Notes: generated from the letters alone by a model not told the origin. Positions 34,515-49,554 are shown, counted from the first letter of the stretch. The stretch is 64,000 nucleotides of DNA from Mobula hypostoma (GCF_963921235.1 NC_086108.1:75828001-75892000), one strand, 5' to 3'. Numbers and translations are program-made.

Positions 34515-37470
34515 AAGACTCCCAAGTCCCTTGGCACCTCATATTTTAGAACTCTCTCTCCATTTAGAAAATAGTCTACCCTTTTACTTCTCCTGCCAGA
34601 GTGCATGACCATACACTTCCTGACACCATATTCCATCTGCCACTTCTTTGCCCATTCTCCTAATCCGTCTCAGTCCTTCTACAGCCTCTCTGCTTCCTCA
34701 ATACTACCTGCCCCTCCACGTATATTTGTATCATCCGCAAACTTGGCCGCAAAGCCATCAATTCTGTCAACTAAGTCATTGAGGTATAACATAAAAAGAA
34801 CCGGTCTCAAGACAGACTCTTGTAGAACACCATAGTCACCAACTGCTAACCAAAAAAGGCTCCCTTTTTTCCCACTCTTTGCCTCCTGGCAATCAGCCAA
34901 TAGTCTATCCTTGCTAGTATCTTTCCTGTAATACCATAGACCCTTAACTGGTTAAACAACTTCATGTGTGGCACCTTGACAAAGGCCTTCTAAAAATCCA
35001 AGTACACAACATCCACTAGTTCTCCTTTGTCTATCCTGAATTGAATTGACTTTATTACTTACATCCTTCATATACATGAGGAGTAAAAATTGTTATGTTA
35101 TGTCTCCGTCTAAATGTGCAATATGCAATTTATAGTAATTTGTAATAAATAGTATGTACAACAGGACTGTCAATATAACATAGAAATACAATTGTATCAG
35201 CATGAATTAATCAGTCTGATGGCCTGGTGGAAGAAGCTGTCCTGGAGCCTGTTGGTCCTGGCTTTTATACTGTGGTACTGTTTCCCGGATGGTAACAGCT
35301 GGAACAGTTTGTGGTTGGGGTGACTCGGGTCCCCAATGATCCTTCGGGCCCTTTTTACACACCTGTCTTTATAAATGTCCTGAATCATGGGAAGCTCACA
35401 ACTACAGATGAGCTGGGCTGTCTGCACCACTCTCTGCAGAGTCCTGCGATTGAAGGAAGTACAGTTCCCATTCCAGTCAGTGACACAGCCAGTCAGGTTG
35501 CATTCAATTGTGCCCCTATAGAATGTTCTTAGGATTTGGAGGCCCATACCAAACTTCTCCAACTGTCTGAGGTGAAAGAGATGCTGTTATCCTTTTTTCA
35601 CCACGCAGCTGGTATGTACAGACCACATTAGATTCTTGGTGATGTGTATTCTGAGGAGTTTAAAGCTGTTTACCCTCTGAACCCCAGATACACTGATGTC
35701 AATAGGGGTGAGCCTGTCTCCATTCCTCCCGTAGTCCACATCCAGCTCCTTTGTTTTTTTTTCAACATTGAGGGAGAGGTTGTTTTCTTGATACCTCTGT
35801 GTCAGGATGATGACTTCTTCTCTGTAGGTTACCTTGTTATTGTCTGAGATTAGGCCAATCAATGTTGTATCGTCAGCAAATTTAATTAACAGATTGGAAC
35901 TGTGGGTGGTGACAAAGTCATGGGTATATAGAGAATAAAGGAGGGGGCTTAGGACACAGCCCTGAGCGGCACCTGTATTGAGGGTCAGAGGGGCGGAGGT
36001 GAGAGAGCCCACTCTTACCACCTGCTGGTGATCTGACAGGAAGTCCAGGATCCAGCTACACAAGGCAGGGTGAATGCTGAGGTCTCTGAGCTTCTTGTCG
36101 AGCCTGCTTGTCCTGCTTGTTATTTCTTAAAATAATTCCAACAGGTTTGTCAGGCAAGATTTTCCCTTGAGGAAATCATGCTGACTTTGGCCTATTTTAT
36201 CATGTGCTTCCAAATACCCCAAAACCACATCCCTAACAATCGATTCCAATGTCTTCCCAAACACTGAGGTCAGACTAACTGACCTATAATTTCCTTTCTT
36301 CTGCCTCGCTCCCTTCTTGAAGAGTGGAGTGACATTTGCAATTTTCCAGACCTCCAAAACCATGCCAGAATCTATTGATTCTTGAAAGATCATTTCTCAT
36401 GCCTCCACAATCCCTTCAGCCACCTCTTTCAGAAAACTGGCATGTGGACCATCTGGTCCAGATAATTTATCTACATTCAGACCATTCAATTTCCCAAGCA
36501 CCTTCTCCTTGGTAATGGCAACTTCACTCACTCTGCCCCCTGATAGTCTTGAAATTCCAGCAAGCTGCTAGTGTCTTCCACAATGGAGAATGATGCAACA
36601 TACTTATTCAGTTCGTCCGCCATTTCCTTTTGGTATTCTCCTTAATAATATTGGCCAGCTTATCTTTGTATTCCATCTTTTTACGCTTTATAATTCTGTT
36701 AATTTTTAAAAGCTTTCCAATACTCTGACTGTCCACTAATTTAAGCTCTATCATATGCCCTCTTTTTGGCTTTTATGTTGGCTTTGACTTCCCTTGTCAA
36801 CCGCAGTTACGTCATCCTGCCTTCCAAATAGCTCCCAGAAACTCTAGCCATTGCTGCTCTGCTGTCATCCCTGTTAGTGTTCCCTTTCAATCAACTTTGC
36901 CAGTTCCTCTCTCATGCCTCCATAATTCCCTTTATTCCACTGTTACCCTGATACATTTGACTTTAGCTTCTCCTTCTCAAATTGCAGGATGAAATCTGAT
37001 TTATAGTGCAACACCCAATCCAGGACAGCTGATCCCTCAGTAGGCTCAACCCATAGCTGCTCTCAAAAGCCATTTTGTAGGGATTCTACAAATTCTTACT
37101 TTTGGGATCCAGATCCAACCTGATTTTCCCTATCTACTTCATATTGAAATCCCCCATAACTATCATAATATTGCCCTTTTGACTAGGCTGAGTTCTGCAA
37201 GTCCTTCGTCATAGATCAATCTCGGACTGGGCTCTCTGCAAGCCCTTGGTCATAGGGCAATCTCAGACCTTTTTCTATTTCTATATTCCATTGTAATTTG
37301 TAGCCCACATCTTTGTTATTGTTCAGAGGCCTGAATATAACTTCCATCTGCATCCTTTTACCTTGCAGTTTCTTACCTCGACTCACAATGATTCTGCACC
37401 TTCCTCTCCAATGTCACCTCTTTCTACTGATTTGATTTCATTTTTTTACACCAGAGCCACCCTACACCTC
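34515..37470 (-). mobile_element. CR1 LINE (34515-35038 and 36110-37470) split by a Rex1/Babar insertion
   Basis: KFADDT, WKIANVTPLFKKG, GNYRSVSLTS; sequence resumes at TCCTGCTTGTTATTTC. Confidence 0.85.
35039..36109 (-). mobile_element. Rex1/Babar-like LINE, 5'-truncated
   Basis: WILDFLS, TGAAQGCVLSPLLYSLYTHD, IKFADDTT, FYRGTIE, LFQLLPSGKQY, SFFHQAIRLIN; (TTCAA)n tail. Confidence 0.92.
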
Positions 37471-37595
37471 TGCCTCTTTGTTGTTATTGAATTAATTTAA
37501 TCCTGAAGGAATCAAACTAATTTCCGAAACGTCAACTGTACCTCTTCCTATAGATGCTACCTGGCCTGCTGCGTTCACTGGCATTTTTATAAATG

Positions 37596-37621
37596 GTGTG
37601 TGTGTGTGTGTGTGTGTGTGT
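37596..37621. repeat. (TG)n microsatellite
   Basis: About 13 consecutive TG units. Confidence 0.95.
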
Positions 37622-40374
37622 TTGTATATATACACAAATGTAAGAAATTTGTCATCTCTTATGGAGACACTTGGAGACTACAGATGCTGTAATCTAATCT
37701 AGAACAAGAGAAGCAAACTGCTGCTGGAACTCAGTGGGTCAGGCACCATCTGTGGAGGCACAAGGATAGCTGGTGTTCTGGTTTGGGGATCCCTTCCCCC
37801 ATCAGTTCTAAATTGGCAAATTGACAACCTTCATTCATAAACTTGAGAACATCAATCAAAGATTACACCAAGTCTTAATTAGGTACAACATAAAGCTTGA
37901 AGATGGATTAATTATTTTAATCTCTATCTTTTGTTGAATCTAGTGAGAGAATAGTGAGGTCAATGTTAATGTATTCTGAACTGGACAATGTAAGACATTT
38001 CAGCAAATTAATGACAACTATCATTAGCCACTGAGCAGAGAGCAGCTGGTTAAACTCAAACAGTACTTCCAAAAAGATTAAAATTTAATTGATTCATTCA
38101 TTTGATCCCTTGGCAAATATTCGAGTCGTGATTTTGATTTTACTGATGTTATACAGGCAAACATGTTATTGAAACAACCCAAGTAATAACTTGACATCAA
38201 TGTTACACATCAAAAATAATCGATATGTCAGCAAACTGAAATGTTATCTCTAACCTGCTCAGTGTTTCCCACATTTCCTTATTCTATTTCTAGTTAACCA
38301 ACTGGAAGGCACTTGGATATGGCCAGAGGTCAAAAAGGATGCTATTGTAGCAAAAATTCATCTTTCCTTTTCATTCTAAACAATGTTCCAGGAATGTATT
38401 CTGCTCCAGTCCAGGCTTGTTCCAATTCAAAGGGATACATTATAGCACTGCTGTTTTGTTCCAGCTTGTTATGAATTATTTTCTGACTGGTCTGACTTAT
38501 AATTGTTGTGCGTGTTGTGCGTGGAATATATTGCTGGATACTGGATGTCTAAGTGATGTACAGGAAGTATTGCTGCAGAGAGCATGACTATCTTTATAAT
38601 TGAATTCAAATTTTAAAGAGATTTTTGAGCATTTATAGAAAACAATAATGACAGTATGCTACTTTAGCACAGATATTGGGAGGTATTTTATAAGATCTAT
38701 CACTGGTCATAGAAATGGGTGGTTATACAAAATATTATTAAGTGAGTTTCTATATATAGTTGGCATTCAAAAAGATTATGACATGGAAGCCATTTGCTTA
38801 AATATTGGCCAGACAATGTTTGTCACTGAGTGAGTGAGCAATGCAAGAGAGTTATCCCTGAAATGCCAGCATTTTACTAATGTGGCACAGATGAAAGCTT
38901 TTGTTAACTTTGCTTTAACATTGATCGATAAAACCTTGAAGTTAAAGGGGAGCAGGATGATGAGGATATTTTATTGTCATGTCTTTGATCCAAATGATGA
39001 GATGGTCTTTTATCCCTGTAGTTCAGTTTACGCATCAGCATTTACCATTTAAGGTTATTTTTAAAGGATAAGAGAACAAATTCTGAGTTGCAATCTCTCA
39101 AGCCTGATCTTTCATTTAGATGCTTTTAAACTGTCCCCAATGCCTGCCTAAATTGTGTATTAGAGACTTGCATACTCATCAGAAATCTGATCCCAGTAGA
39201 ATAGTTCTGAAACATTGTGTATACACAAATAATCTGGAAACATCAGTTTGTACTGGGTATTCAGTATCCAAACCATCTCACCTTAAAGAGCCACATAAAC
39301 TGAGCTTGTTTGAAGCCACTCAAGGAATAGCCACAAAGCCTTTTGCAAGTCATATTTCTGTGAAGACAGTTGAGAAAGGGGGCTTGGGGATGGTGCGAAA
39401 AATTGGCACTGAACTCCTTTTCTTGAACTCCATGTTTCTCACTCAGCACTGCTGCTAATTTTATTTTTTTGTCAATGTTTATTTGATAAATAACTGACTG
39501 ATTTTGACCAGCCATAAAGAGGTGCAGTTTCAAATGGTAAAGTATGAGTTGTCAAATCTTCAAATCTTAAAGTACTGAATCCTCTACAAGTCTTTGTTAG
39601 AAAGCTGAAGAAGTTGTTCTAGGGCATTAACAAGCATATGAAAACCAAATATAATGGGATTTCAATAATCAGTCAATATACACAGAAAACATGGCAAGCT
39701 GCCTTTGTACCTTAAAAACAATACATACAATTTATTTACTGTCAAATCTTTGATTTTTGCTGTTTGCTACATTCCTTTATCACTTAAGATGGGGCGCTGT
39801 AGATAAGATGAAGGGATCTAAACAAATGATATAAATCATATCAGAGAATCATACAGATGCCATTTAACAGGATAAGTAACTAAAGCACTTTTTACCTAAG
39901 GGGATTTGCTTTTGTTCAAAGGCCCTTTATTCTGCTTGTGAAAATTACTGAAATATTAGCCTCTGAGGAGGAACTCCAAAATTAAGAACACCTGTTTTGC
40001 CACAAAATATGATGCATGGGGCATTTCAGGTCAGGCTGTACGCCCAGAATGTTACTGGAGACCTGGGAATTCAAGTTCACCCAAACGGATACGTGAAAAA
40101 GCAGGGATCCAATGACCAATGCTGTCATCACTCCCCACTGAAAACTCTGCCCAGCACCCAGAATCTCAGACACAATGAAAGGATGTTGCTCTTTTTCAAC
40201 AGTGAAAATATGCAGCCTACTGTTCCTTTCAGAGGCTGAGTTTAGAATGCTTAGCCCATTGGTTTTGACCAAGAGAGGATGCAGGTAGGATGTGAGAATT
40301 GTACCAGCAGTTTGAGTGGTGGGTGCAAAAACTAGTTTAAAACCCAGAGGAAACAAGATAATTTTTTTCTGATA

Positions 40375-41200
40375 AATCTCTTGGTGATTCCCTTGTCCAT
40401 TTATCCCTCCCCACACTTATCTCTACAAGCGGAAGAATTGCTCCACCTGACCATTCACCTCCTCCCTCGCCTCCAATCAGGGCCCCAAAATGTCCTTCAA
40501 GGTGAGGCAACATTTCACCTGCGAGTAGGTTGGGGTCAGCTGCTGCATCTGGTGCTCCTGATGCAGCCCCCTCCACATCGGACAGACCCAATGTAAATTG
40601 GGGGATCACTTTGTCGAGCACTTTCAATCCATCTGCAACAACCAGGATTTCCTGGTGGGAACCATGTTAATTCCAATCTCCATTCACATTCTGTCACATT
40701 GGTCCATGGCCCCCTCCACTGGCATAATGAAGCCACTCTCAGTTTGGAGGAGCAATGCCTCATATTCCATCTGTGTAGCCTCCAACCTGATGGCATGAAC
40801 ATTGATTTCTCTAAGCTTTGATAATTTCCCCTTCCCTCTTCTTCCATTCCCTACTCTTGCTCCCCTCTTTCCTCTTCTCTTCTCCTCGCCAGCCTATCAG
40901 CTCCCCCTGGTGCCCATCCTCCTTCCGCTTCTCCCAAGTTCCACTCTCCTTTCCTATCAGATTCCTTGTTCTTTAGCTCTTTACCTTTTCCACCTATCAC
41001 CTCCCAGCTTTTCACTTCATCAGCCCTCCACCACTCACCTGGCTTCACTTCCTCCTCCCTCACCTTCTTATTCTGACTTCTTCCTCCCTCCTTTCTTGTC
41101 TTAATGAAGTTTCTCAGCCCGAAACAGTTGACTGTTTATTCTTTTCCATAGATGCTGCTTGACCTGCTGAGTTCCTCCAGAATTTTGTTTGTGTTGTTCT
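40375..41200 (+). mobile_element. Penelope-like element 3' part (GIY-YIG remnant plus terminal repeat)
   Basis: LGDHFVEH..., GCCTCCAACCTGATGGCATGAAC, decayed hammerhead near 41096-41134. Confidence 0.85.
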
Positions 41201-44200
41201 GATAAAAGTTCCTGGACCTGAAATACAGATACTGCACAACCTACAGTGGGTGGACATATTTTGTTTTTTTTAGATTTTGAGCATGTGCATTTTTAAAAAA
41301 AATTCTGAAAATATCCCCTCCAGTTCCTTGAAATGATCAAATCCAATTCATGAGCTCATTGGCTACTAAGTTACATGCTAGCTATTCAACATTCTCCCTA
41401 TTTTTTTTATAGCTGCACAGACCAACCATTGCTCTGAGCAGGAAGTTTTTACACAGCCTAAAAACTGCACAACACTTTAAATTTTTTTGTAATATGCATA
41501 CTATGAATATTTAGAATGAAAATTGAAACAATCACATGCTTTTGATTTTATGTATTAATTGACAGGTATAATGAATTACAGTACAATAAAATAAAATATT
41601 TTGACTAGATGACATAGGCCTTCAGTGGGCAGGTGGTTTATTGACAAAGAGTTACCAACTTCCATTCCGTGTTTATTGCTACAATTTGTAACAGTGTTAT
41701 AACTTAAAACACTGACAATGTAAATACGTGAAGCTCTAAAATGTTTCATAGTAAAGATTGTAGTACATTTATTGTTTAGAAAGCTTATGTATTATATTCA
41801 TTAACACATAATTACTTAGATCATATTTCACAATTATATTAACATAGATTTCAAAGTTATATTAACATTATATCAGAAAAGTTCCACTGTGAGGCAACAA
41901 AAGGTCTGTGCACAGAAGTGTTTGAGTTGCAGTGTGGCCATGTACCCGTGCAGATTAGAGGAAACAGTGTGTCCTAGCCAGGAACCATCTAATATAATGA
42001 AGATGTGCATAGAAATCAATACATGCCAGACCAGCTGGCATTGCATTCTACAAAAACTCCATTTATTTTAAAAGATTAAATGAATAACATAGAGCAATAT
42101 CCTACTTTAGCACAGAATCTGCTTGCACTGCATGCAAGATCACAACAGCTTGCTGCATAATTTTTCTCATTATCTTGCCGTGATTCATTTACTAATTACA
42201 TGATGTGTCCTCTGCTTATTGGACTTTTGCCAATGGAACATATTTGTTCCTGTGTACAATGAGTCAAGACCCTTCGTAATCTGAACACCAGATTACACAA
42301 TTGGGAGTGAATTCCTGATCAACATGATCTGCAGAGTCAGATACAGTTTGTGGCCTTGTTTGAATAGAATCATTAACTTGCATGCAAAAGGTAAGGTTCT
42401 CCCCTTCTTTATTTTAATTAATATTAATGCTTTAAATTAACTTACATCTACTAAATGTTTTAATGAAATATACTAACCTTTAATATTTCGCTTTATAAAT
42501 AATTTATAACATTATTCAATTATTTACATATACTTGAATTATATTTTTGTTTCTGATTAACAGATATATTTAGAACAATTAAAAAGTTCCCTGACCCTAC
42601 AAACTGTCAAAATGTCGTCATGGGATTCTGGGGTTGAGCTTCAGGATTCAGTACCTGAAGGCCATTTGCTGCTTATACTTTGCTGTGCTTCGTAGTGTGA
42701 CTGTTGCATGACTTCAAGGCCATCACTAACCATGGCCACAAAAGATTAAGGTCAGTCATAGGAATTACAAAGAACATCCTCAAGGCTGTTGGATTAGGGT
42801 GTGGAATTGTTACTTTCTTTGTATTTTTTCATGTAGTTCGATATTTTCTATGTTTATTGTATTTGTGTATAATCACCTATATATGTGTGTACTTGTAGAG
42901 TGTATTTTTCAGTAATTGCAGTACATTTGTTTCTCTGTTTTTTCTAGAAGCTTCTTAGTTTTCTGTAGTAGCTGTCGTGCCACTTGAATTTAACTGTTTT
43001 ATAGGCTAATTTTTATCAGTGGACTTTTTGTTATCTCTAGCATGAGACAGTCACAACTCTTTTTTTATCTTTGTTTTTGTTTGTTCTGGTAACACTTAAT
43101 AAAACAGCCGAAAGCAACAAGTTTTTGCCTCATTCCTGACTCTGGATCAAAAACACCAGGATCTGATTGGATCCAGTTGATCCATTCAGTTTTTAAAGAT
43201 TTTGTTTTGTATTTTTAATGTTACTGCAACGGTATTACATCTCCTAGATACCTATGAATATGTGACAGCTTCTGGCTGAACAAAATGGATGTGTTAAATT
43301 CTTTTGTGTTGCTGTCACTGAAATCCATTGGCTCAGAAATTTACATACCCATGAGCAAAATCAGAGACTGACTGAAAAAAAGCCACAAGAAAGATCGCTG
43401 AAGCACTTTACTTTTTCGTACTTCAGATATGTTGCCTAAGGGGCTATTGCACATAATATCCCCGCTCTGCACACACAGGTGCAGTTTCGAATGAAATCCC
43501 ACAACTTACATAAATCTTCAAAAAAAAACTTAATTGACTTATAAGGAAATCAAAGCACAGGTAAAATGTTGGGTGAGTCAATGGCTTAATTACTTTGTTA
43601 TATAGAACTCTAAGCAAACTCACAGAAACTTAAACTACTTATTCTGAGTTAATACTTACTATATACATGCCAACATTAGTTTTAATATCATTAAAGAGAC
43701 ACTGTTTGATATCATGATCGTGTATATCGTGGTATAAAACATGCATTCTGTTCATGTATAAATTAAATTGCACTGAAATAGAAATTACTGAGCTGAATCC
43801 ACAGATCAGTAATTATTGGGGTAACTGCTAGGACTTACTGTTCCAATAAAAAAACAGCCAGATTTGGCAGACTCATTAAACCAACCGCCTTCTGATTGCC
43901 ACTTGCTGAGAACTCCAATAGCCCACTGTACCATTGTGTCACTCCTTTAAAGTGGTGGACAGCACACCCCATTAATGAATCGAGTTCTTACAACACAGCT
44001 GGATGGATAAATGGTGTGATCCCAGCCTTTACCAACGTCCTGACTCACTCTGGGATTCCATAGATGATTGAAGTGAATTTGGCGAACTTTGTTCGTATAA
44101 TCATTAGTGCAAAATTCCAGTTAATATTTTGGGCAACAGATTAAATCAAGGCAGAAGATGGCATTTTTTAAGATGATTAAGATGGAGCCCCTGGTGAACT

Positions 44201-45289
44201 TTCTCGACTTTTTGTGGGTTGGGAGAGTGATTGTGAGCTCACATCCACCCCAAATAGATACATAGCCAAAGACAACATGAAGGGTTTACCTGTGTAAGAA
44301 AGGAAGTGACATCTTTCTGTGATCTTGCCATGTGAAGATGCTGCATTGGTTAGCCTGGGATTTAGCTGGTTCATTATTGGACAAAAATAGTGAATGTTGT
44401 GACTACAATTCTTGCAAATTTCTGGCAAACATTCAATTGGATGATAAGTCTATCCAGATTATTTTCTCCTTGAATTGGCCAACATTGGTTTACCATACAA
44501 TAATGTGCAGGTTACATGTGACTTGAATTGTTTACATGGGCTAGCTATATGTTGGCATGATTTTTGCAAGACAGGGAGCATTTCCATTGTCATTGATGGA
44601 TAGATTTTATTTGTGCAAAATAAACATACGCCTGCAACTATGTGCCTATTTTTTTCTAATGACTAATTAATGTCAGCAACCAAAACAAGAGCACTTGGGC
44701 ATCATCACGGATGAGGCAGAAATGCAACAGTGTGTATATGCTGTCAAATTACCTTCATTCAGCATATAGACCATCACCATACCCTCTGCCATCTGGTATC
44801 TGAATGGTGTATGAATGCTACCTACCTCACAATCTTTGCTCTCTTTCTGCTATATATTTCTTATTGTAATTTACTGTGTATTTTATGTATTGCACTGTAC
44901 TGCTGCCGCAAAACAACAAATTTCACAATGTATGCCAGTGATACTAAATCTGATTCTGATTCAGAAACTGGAGTTCAAGCAATCTTTTCTAATAATCAAT
45001 ATTTTAAATAGGCAATATTGGAGAAACGTCTGAAACTAAAAAAGAATTTGGCAGAAATAGGAAAAGCTTCATGCCAGTACATGACCAAATTCAACGGACT
45101 TGATTAAAAAATAGGGAAGTGTTTTTAACCTGGAACAACTAAAAGTGACTACTCTTTATAATTAGGATACTGCAAGAGCTTTAAGACAAACATACATTAA
45201 TTGCTGGTGAATATGGAGCAGTATGGTTAGACCAAATCTGTTTAAACTAGGTTTTAGCATTGTCCATTTTATTTTTTTTTAAAGTCCAG

Positions 45290-46115
45290 CAGAGGCAAAG
45301 TCCCCTTCACCATTGAGCACATCTTCAAGGAGCACTGCCACAAAGCAGCGTCCATCAAGGATCCCCACCATCCAGGCCTTGCTCCTTTCTTGCTGCTGCC
45401 ATCGAGAAGGAGGTGCAGGAGCCTTAGCGCCCACATACCAGGTTCATGAACAGTTATTACCGTGCAAGTATTAGGCTCCTGAACCATAAAACCATAAGAT
45501 ATAGGAGCAGAATTAGACCATTCAACCCATCGACTCTACTCCATCATTCCACCATGGCCGATCCCTGATCCCACTCAACCTCATATACCTGCTCTCTCAC
45601 CATATCCTTTGATGTCCTGACTGACCAGGAAATGATCAACTTCCATCTTATATATATACGCAAAGACTTGGCCTCCAGCCCTGCAGTCTTGGTAGAGCAT
45701 TCCACAGATTTACTACTCTCTGGCTAAAAAAAAACCTGCTTACTTCTGTTCTAAAGGGTCATCCCTCAATTTTGAGACTGTGCCCTCTAGTTCTGGATAC
45801 CCCTACCATAGGAAGCATCCACTCCACACACCTTATCTAGTCCTTTCAACATTCGGTCCTTTCAACCAGTGTGGATAATTTCACTCACCTCAACTCTGAA
45901 CTGATTCTACAACCTAGGAACTTACTTTCAAGGGTTCTACAACTCATTTTCTCAGTATTATTTATTTACTTATTTTTTATTTGAACATTGGTTATCAGCC
46001 TTTATTTGTGTGTAGTTTTTCATTGATTCTTTTGTATTTCTTTGTTTTCCTGTGAATTCCTGCAAGAAAATGAATCTTGTGATATACATACTTAGATAAA
46101 AAATTTACTTTGAAA
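45290..46115 (+). mobile_element. Rex1/Babar-like 3' fragment with a minus-strand CR1 3' end inserted (~45485-45860)
   Basis: GCAGCGTCCATCAAGGATCCCCACCATCCAGGCC coding remnant; ACCATAAGATATAGGAGCAGAATTAG CR1 tail. Confidence 0.7.
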
Positions 46116-48179
46116 TAAACATTTTTTTCTCTTTACAAGCCTATTGAGTGAAAGGTGGTCATTTAGGGGAAACCTGTTTGTTGCTGCTTTGGGAATGAAG
46201 TCCAGGAGTGGGGCAGGTGTACCCAGGAATGGCACTGGAGCATGGCCAGGTGCAGGAGAAGGGGTACAGAGCAAACCACTGTAGGTGCCTGCCAAATGAA
46301 CACCAGTCATCAGTCATTCCTTTCACCAGGGAAGGAAGGGGGGCAGTTGTTTTAGAGCTAGAGATAAAGAGTTCAGGGAGGAAGGGGAGGGGGTGGGGAA
46401 GAGAGGATGTAAATGGCCAGCTGAAAGAAAACAGTGGGATGAGGGGAGAATTAAACATTAAAGATGGGAGGGAGGAGGACAGAGGACAAGGGGGACACTG
46501 GAATCCAGGGATGGTGAGGACAGAGGATGAAAAGGGTCAACATAAAGTTGGATGGCAGAGTTGGAGGTGACAAGGATGAGGCAGTAAGCAAGGGCATTGG
46601 TGTCTGAGTCTGTGTGCGCTTGTGCTTGTGTGTGTAAGTATGTTGATGATAATCTTGTCTGGTCCCTCTTTGGTCAAGAAAGCACAGCAGCATCTACACT
46701 TTCTGAGGAGAGTGAGCAAGTGAACTCCTCCCCCCACCATCTTAATCAATTTTTACAGGAGCACCATTGTAGGTAACCTGACCAGCTGCCACACCCAATG
46801 GCATTGAAATCGCAAGTCCCTACAAAGTATTGTGCAGGCTGCTGAGGCGGTTGCATGTAATAAATTTGAACTTGAACTACAGCAGATCCTCATCTCCAGT
46901 CATCTTAGACCCCTTGCCTATAGATCAAGGCCTCACTCTGTCAAAGCCATATGGAATTGGAATGCAACATTCACTCCATATTAAATAAGGCAACAAGCAG
47001 GCAACATCTTCTCTGCTATATGAACTTCAGGACTCTCACAAATAGTCCAAATATTGATAAATCTGATCATCACTCCAGTGTCATGATCCTGGATTTCTGA
47101 CACTTTGAAACTGATATCACCTCTCTGAATGAGATACAACCGACAGGAGATGGCAACCTCAACGAAAAAATCCAAACCAGATGAAGATGTTTTTTATATA
47201 GTTTGGAATCTCAGTCACTCCCTTTATTGGTTAACTGAACATCACTCTAACATTGAACCAGCACACTATATTCTTCAGTACTAAAGCAGTGGTAAAAGGA
47301 GGAGTCTTACATTGACCTTAAAGAAATCTCAGCCTAGATCCCAGAGGAGACAAACTGATTCTCCTGGACATATTCAAATTAAAGCTGGGTAAAGTCACAG
47401 TTATAGGGTATGATTGGCAAGAAGGGAGAAGGGAAAGCTAACTAAATTGATTTTTCCTGACATAATTCTTGGAGCCTGTTTGATTTATAACTTCTTGTTC
47501 TGGCAGAGAAAGACAAGCAGTACACCTCATCATTACACCCTGATCTGAATACTGGTGCTTGTTGGGTAATATCATCATCTAAGCAAGAGAGCACAAGGAT
47601 GTTTAGATAACACCCAAGCCATGACAGCTACTGAAGACAGATACCCAGACCTAAAACTAGAATTTTGTAATTACTTTTAAAGTGTCAGTTTGAAATTTAA
47701 ACTGACCCTCTAAAAGGTGAATCATTGAAAAATGACAAGTGAAACAAAGACATGAGACCTGCTGAACTAAAAAAGATTTTGGGCAAATAATTTTGCTCGT
47801 GCAACTTTATAATTGACCTCGAGAAGATTGTTGAGAGTATCTTGAATTAATTCATTGATACTCCTGACAGTGCTTGGCTCCGTGTTTGAATGGTGGCAAG
47901 TTTTGTTGAATGTGTCATGGGAATTTCTATTTTTATTTGAGAAATTGCAAATGCAATTGAAGATTGCGCACTCTTGTATACAGAGAAAGGTGATACCCTG
48001 GACATCGATGATCGAAGATGCTGTGATGGTAAAGCCATCAAACGTGAAAGAAAAATGGTTTGCTTCTCTCTTGCTAGAAAGTCATGTCTGGGCACATTTC
48101 TGCCACTTACCAGCCCAGATCTGAATGTTGCATGGGTCTTGCTGCACATAGACACGAGATACTTTATTTGCTGAGGAAC

Positions 48180-48790
48180 CACAAATAAAATTGATGGTGG
48201 AACTCAGCAGTCAGGCAGCATCTACAGAGGAGAATAAGCAGTCAGTGTTTCAGGCTGAGGCCCTTCGTCGGGACTGGAAAGGAAGGCAGAAGAAGCCAGA
48301 AGAAGAGGGTGGGGAGAGGGGAAGGAGTACAAGCTGGTAGATGATAGGTGAGACCAGGTGAGAGGGTGGGTGGGTGGGTGGGGAAGGGAGAATGAAGGAA
48401 GAAGCTGGGAGGTGATGGGTGGAAGAGATAAAAGGTGAAGAAGAAGGAATCTGATAGAGCATAGTGGACTATGGGAGAAAGGGAAGTGAGGACAGATGGA
48501 GATGATGGACAGGTGAGGAGAAGAGAAGGGGTGAAAGGGGAGCCAGAATGAGGTGTGGAAAGCCTTTCTCCCCAGCTGGTTTCACCTAACACCAGCCCGT
48601 TTATATTCCTTCCCCTCTCCTCCCCCACCATCTTATTCTAGTTTCTTCTGCCATTTCTGTCCTGATGATGGGGTCTTGGCCTGAAACGTCGACTACTTAT
48701 TCCCCTCCATAAATGCTGCTTGACCTGCTGGGTTCTTCCAGCATTTTGTGTGTTGCTCTGGATTTCCAGCAGCTGCAGAACTCGTGTTTG
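48180..48790. mobile_element. Inverted pair of PLE terminal repeats (minus 48180-48560, plus ~48570-48790)
   Basis: Hammerhead-like motifs at 48239-48276 (minus) and 48657-48695 (plus, CTGATGA...GAAACGTC). Confidence 0.8.
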
Positions 48791-49319
48791 GAATTGATTG
48801 ATGTGTGATCACGTCCCCACTTGACTTTCAGTGAACAAGCAGCTGTAGATGGCTGGGCCAGGGCAATGCCCCATAGAATTCCTGCAGTGAAGTCCCCGCG
48901 CTCTGTTGATAGACTTTCTACAAATACAAACATATTCGTTTGCATTATGTACGACTCCAGCCTGTGGGGATTTTCCTTTGATTCTCACCGACTTCAGGTT
49001 TACCACCACTCTTTGACCAAATACTGCTTTGTTGTCAAGCGCGGTCATTAACGCGAGGAGAACAGGAATAGCGGATGCATGGGAATATGGTTAAAAATGT
49101 ATCTTGGGACTAAGTCCTGAAGCCACCAATGCATCACTATTGTAGGAGAATCCGCGTCTGCAATTCATCACCACTTCTCAATGGCATTTATTTCACGGAT
49201 AGTCCTTTAAAAATAAGTTCAAAGTATCCAGCACAATAATCCTCGACACTGGACTAGACAATACAATGGCTCTCCCAGTACAGGGCACAATTCCTGACAA
49301 CTAGTTCAAATCCAGATTC

Positions 49320-49554
49320 AATATTTGACCAATCAACTGTTTCAGGGGCGGGTTTGGGTCTCTCTTTCCTCTCTTTCTCTCTCTCGCTGGTTCGGAACGT
49401 GTTGATTTCAGACCCACTGTGGAAACACGTGGCGCTGTTGAGACTGAGGCAGACCTAGCACGTTCTTCTCTTTCTACCTCTGAGTGACTCATTCACGGGT
49501 TATTTATAGCCATCGTCGCCGTTTCGGTCCGAGCTTTCAGCAATAGTAGTGAGA
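49320..49554 (+). promoter_or_regulatory. Candidate Pol II promoter
   Basis: CCAAT 49329-49333, GC box GGGGCGGG 49345-49352, E-box CACGTG 49426-49431, AP-1 TGACTCA 49485-49491, TATA-like TATTTATA 49501-49508; locally CpG-enriched and free of recognisable repeats. Confidence 0.7.

Noticed and set aside
39982..40416. 144-aa minus ORF (also 49782..50201)
   Set aside because: No motif or supportive splice structure; length compatible with chance
46320..46600. Purine-rich tract as a distinct regulatory element
   Set aside because: Resembles the purine/pyrimidine-skewed low-complexity parts of decayed repeats seen throughout the window
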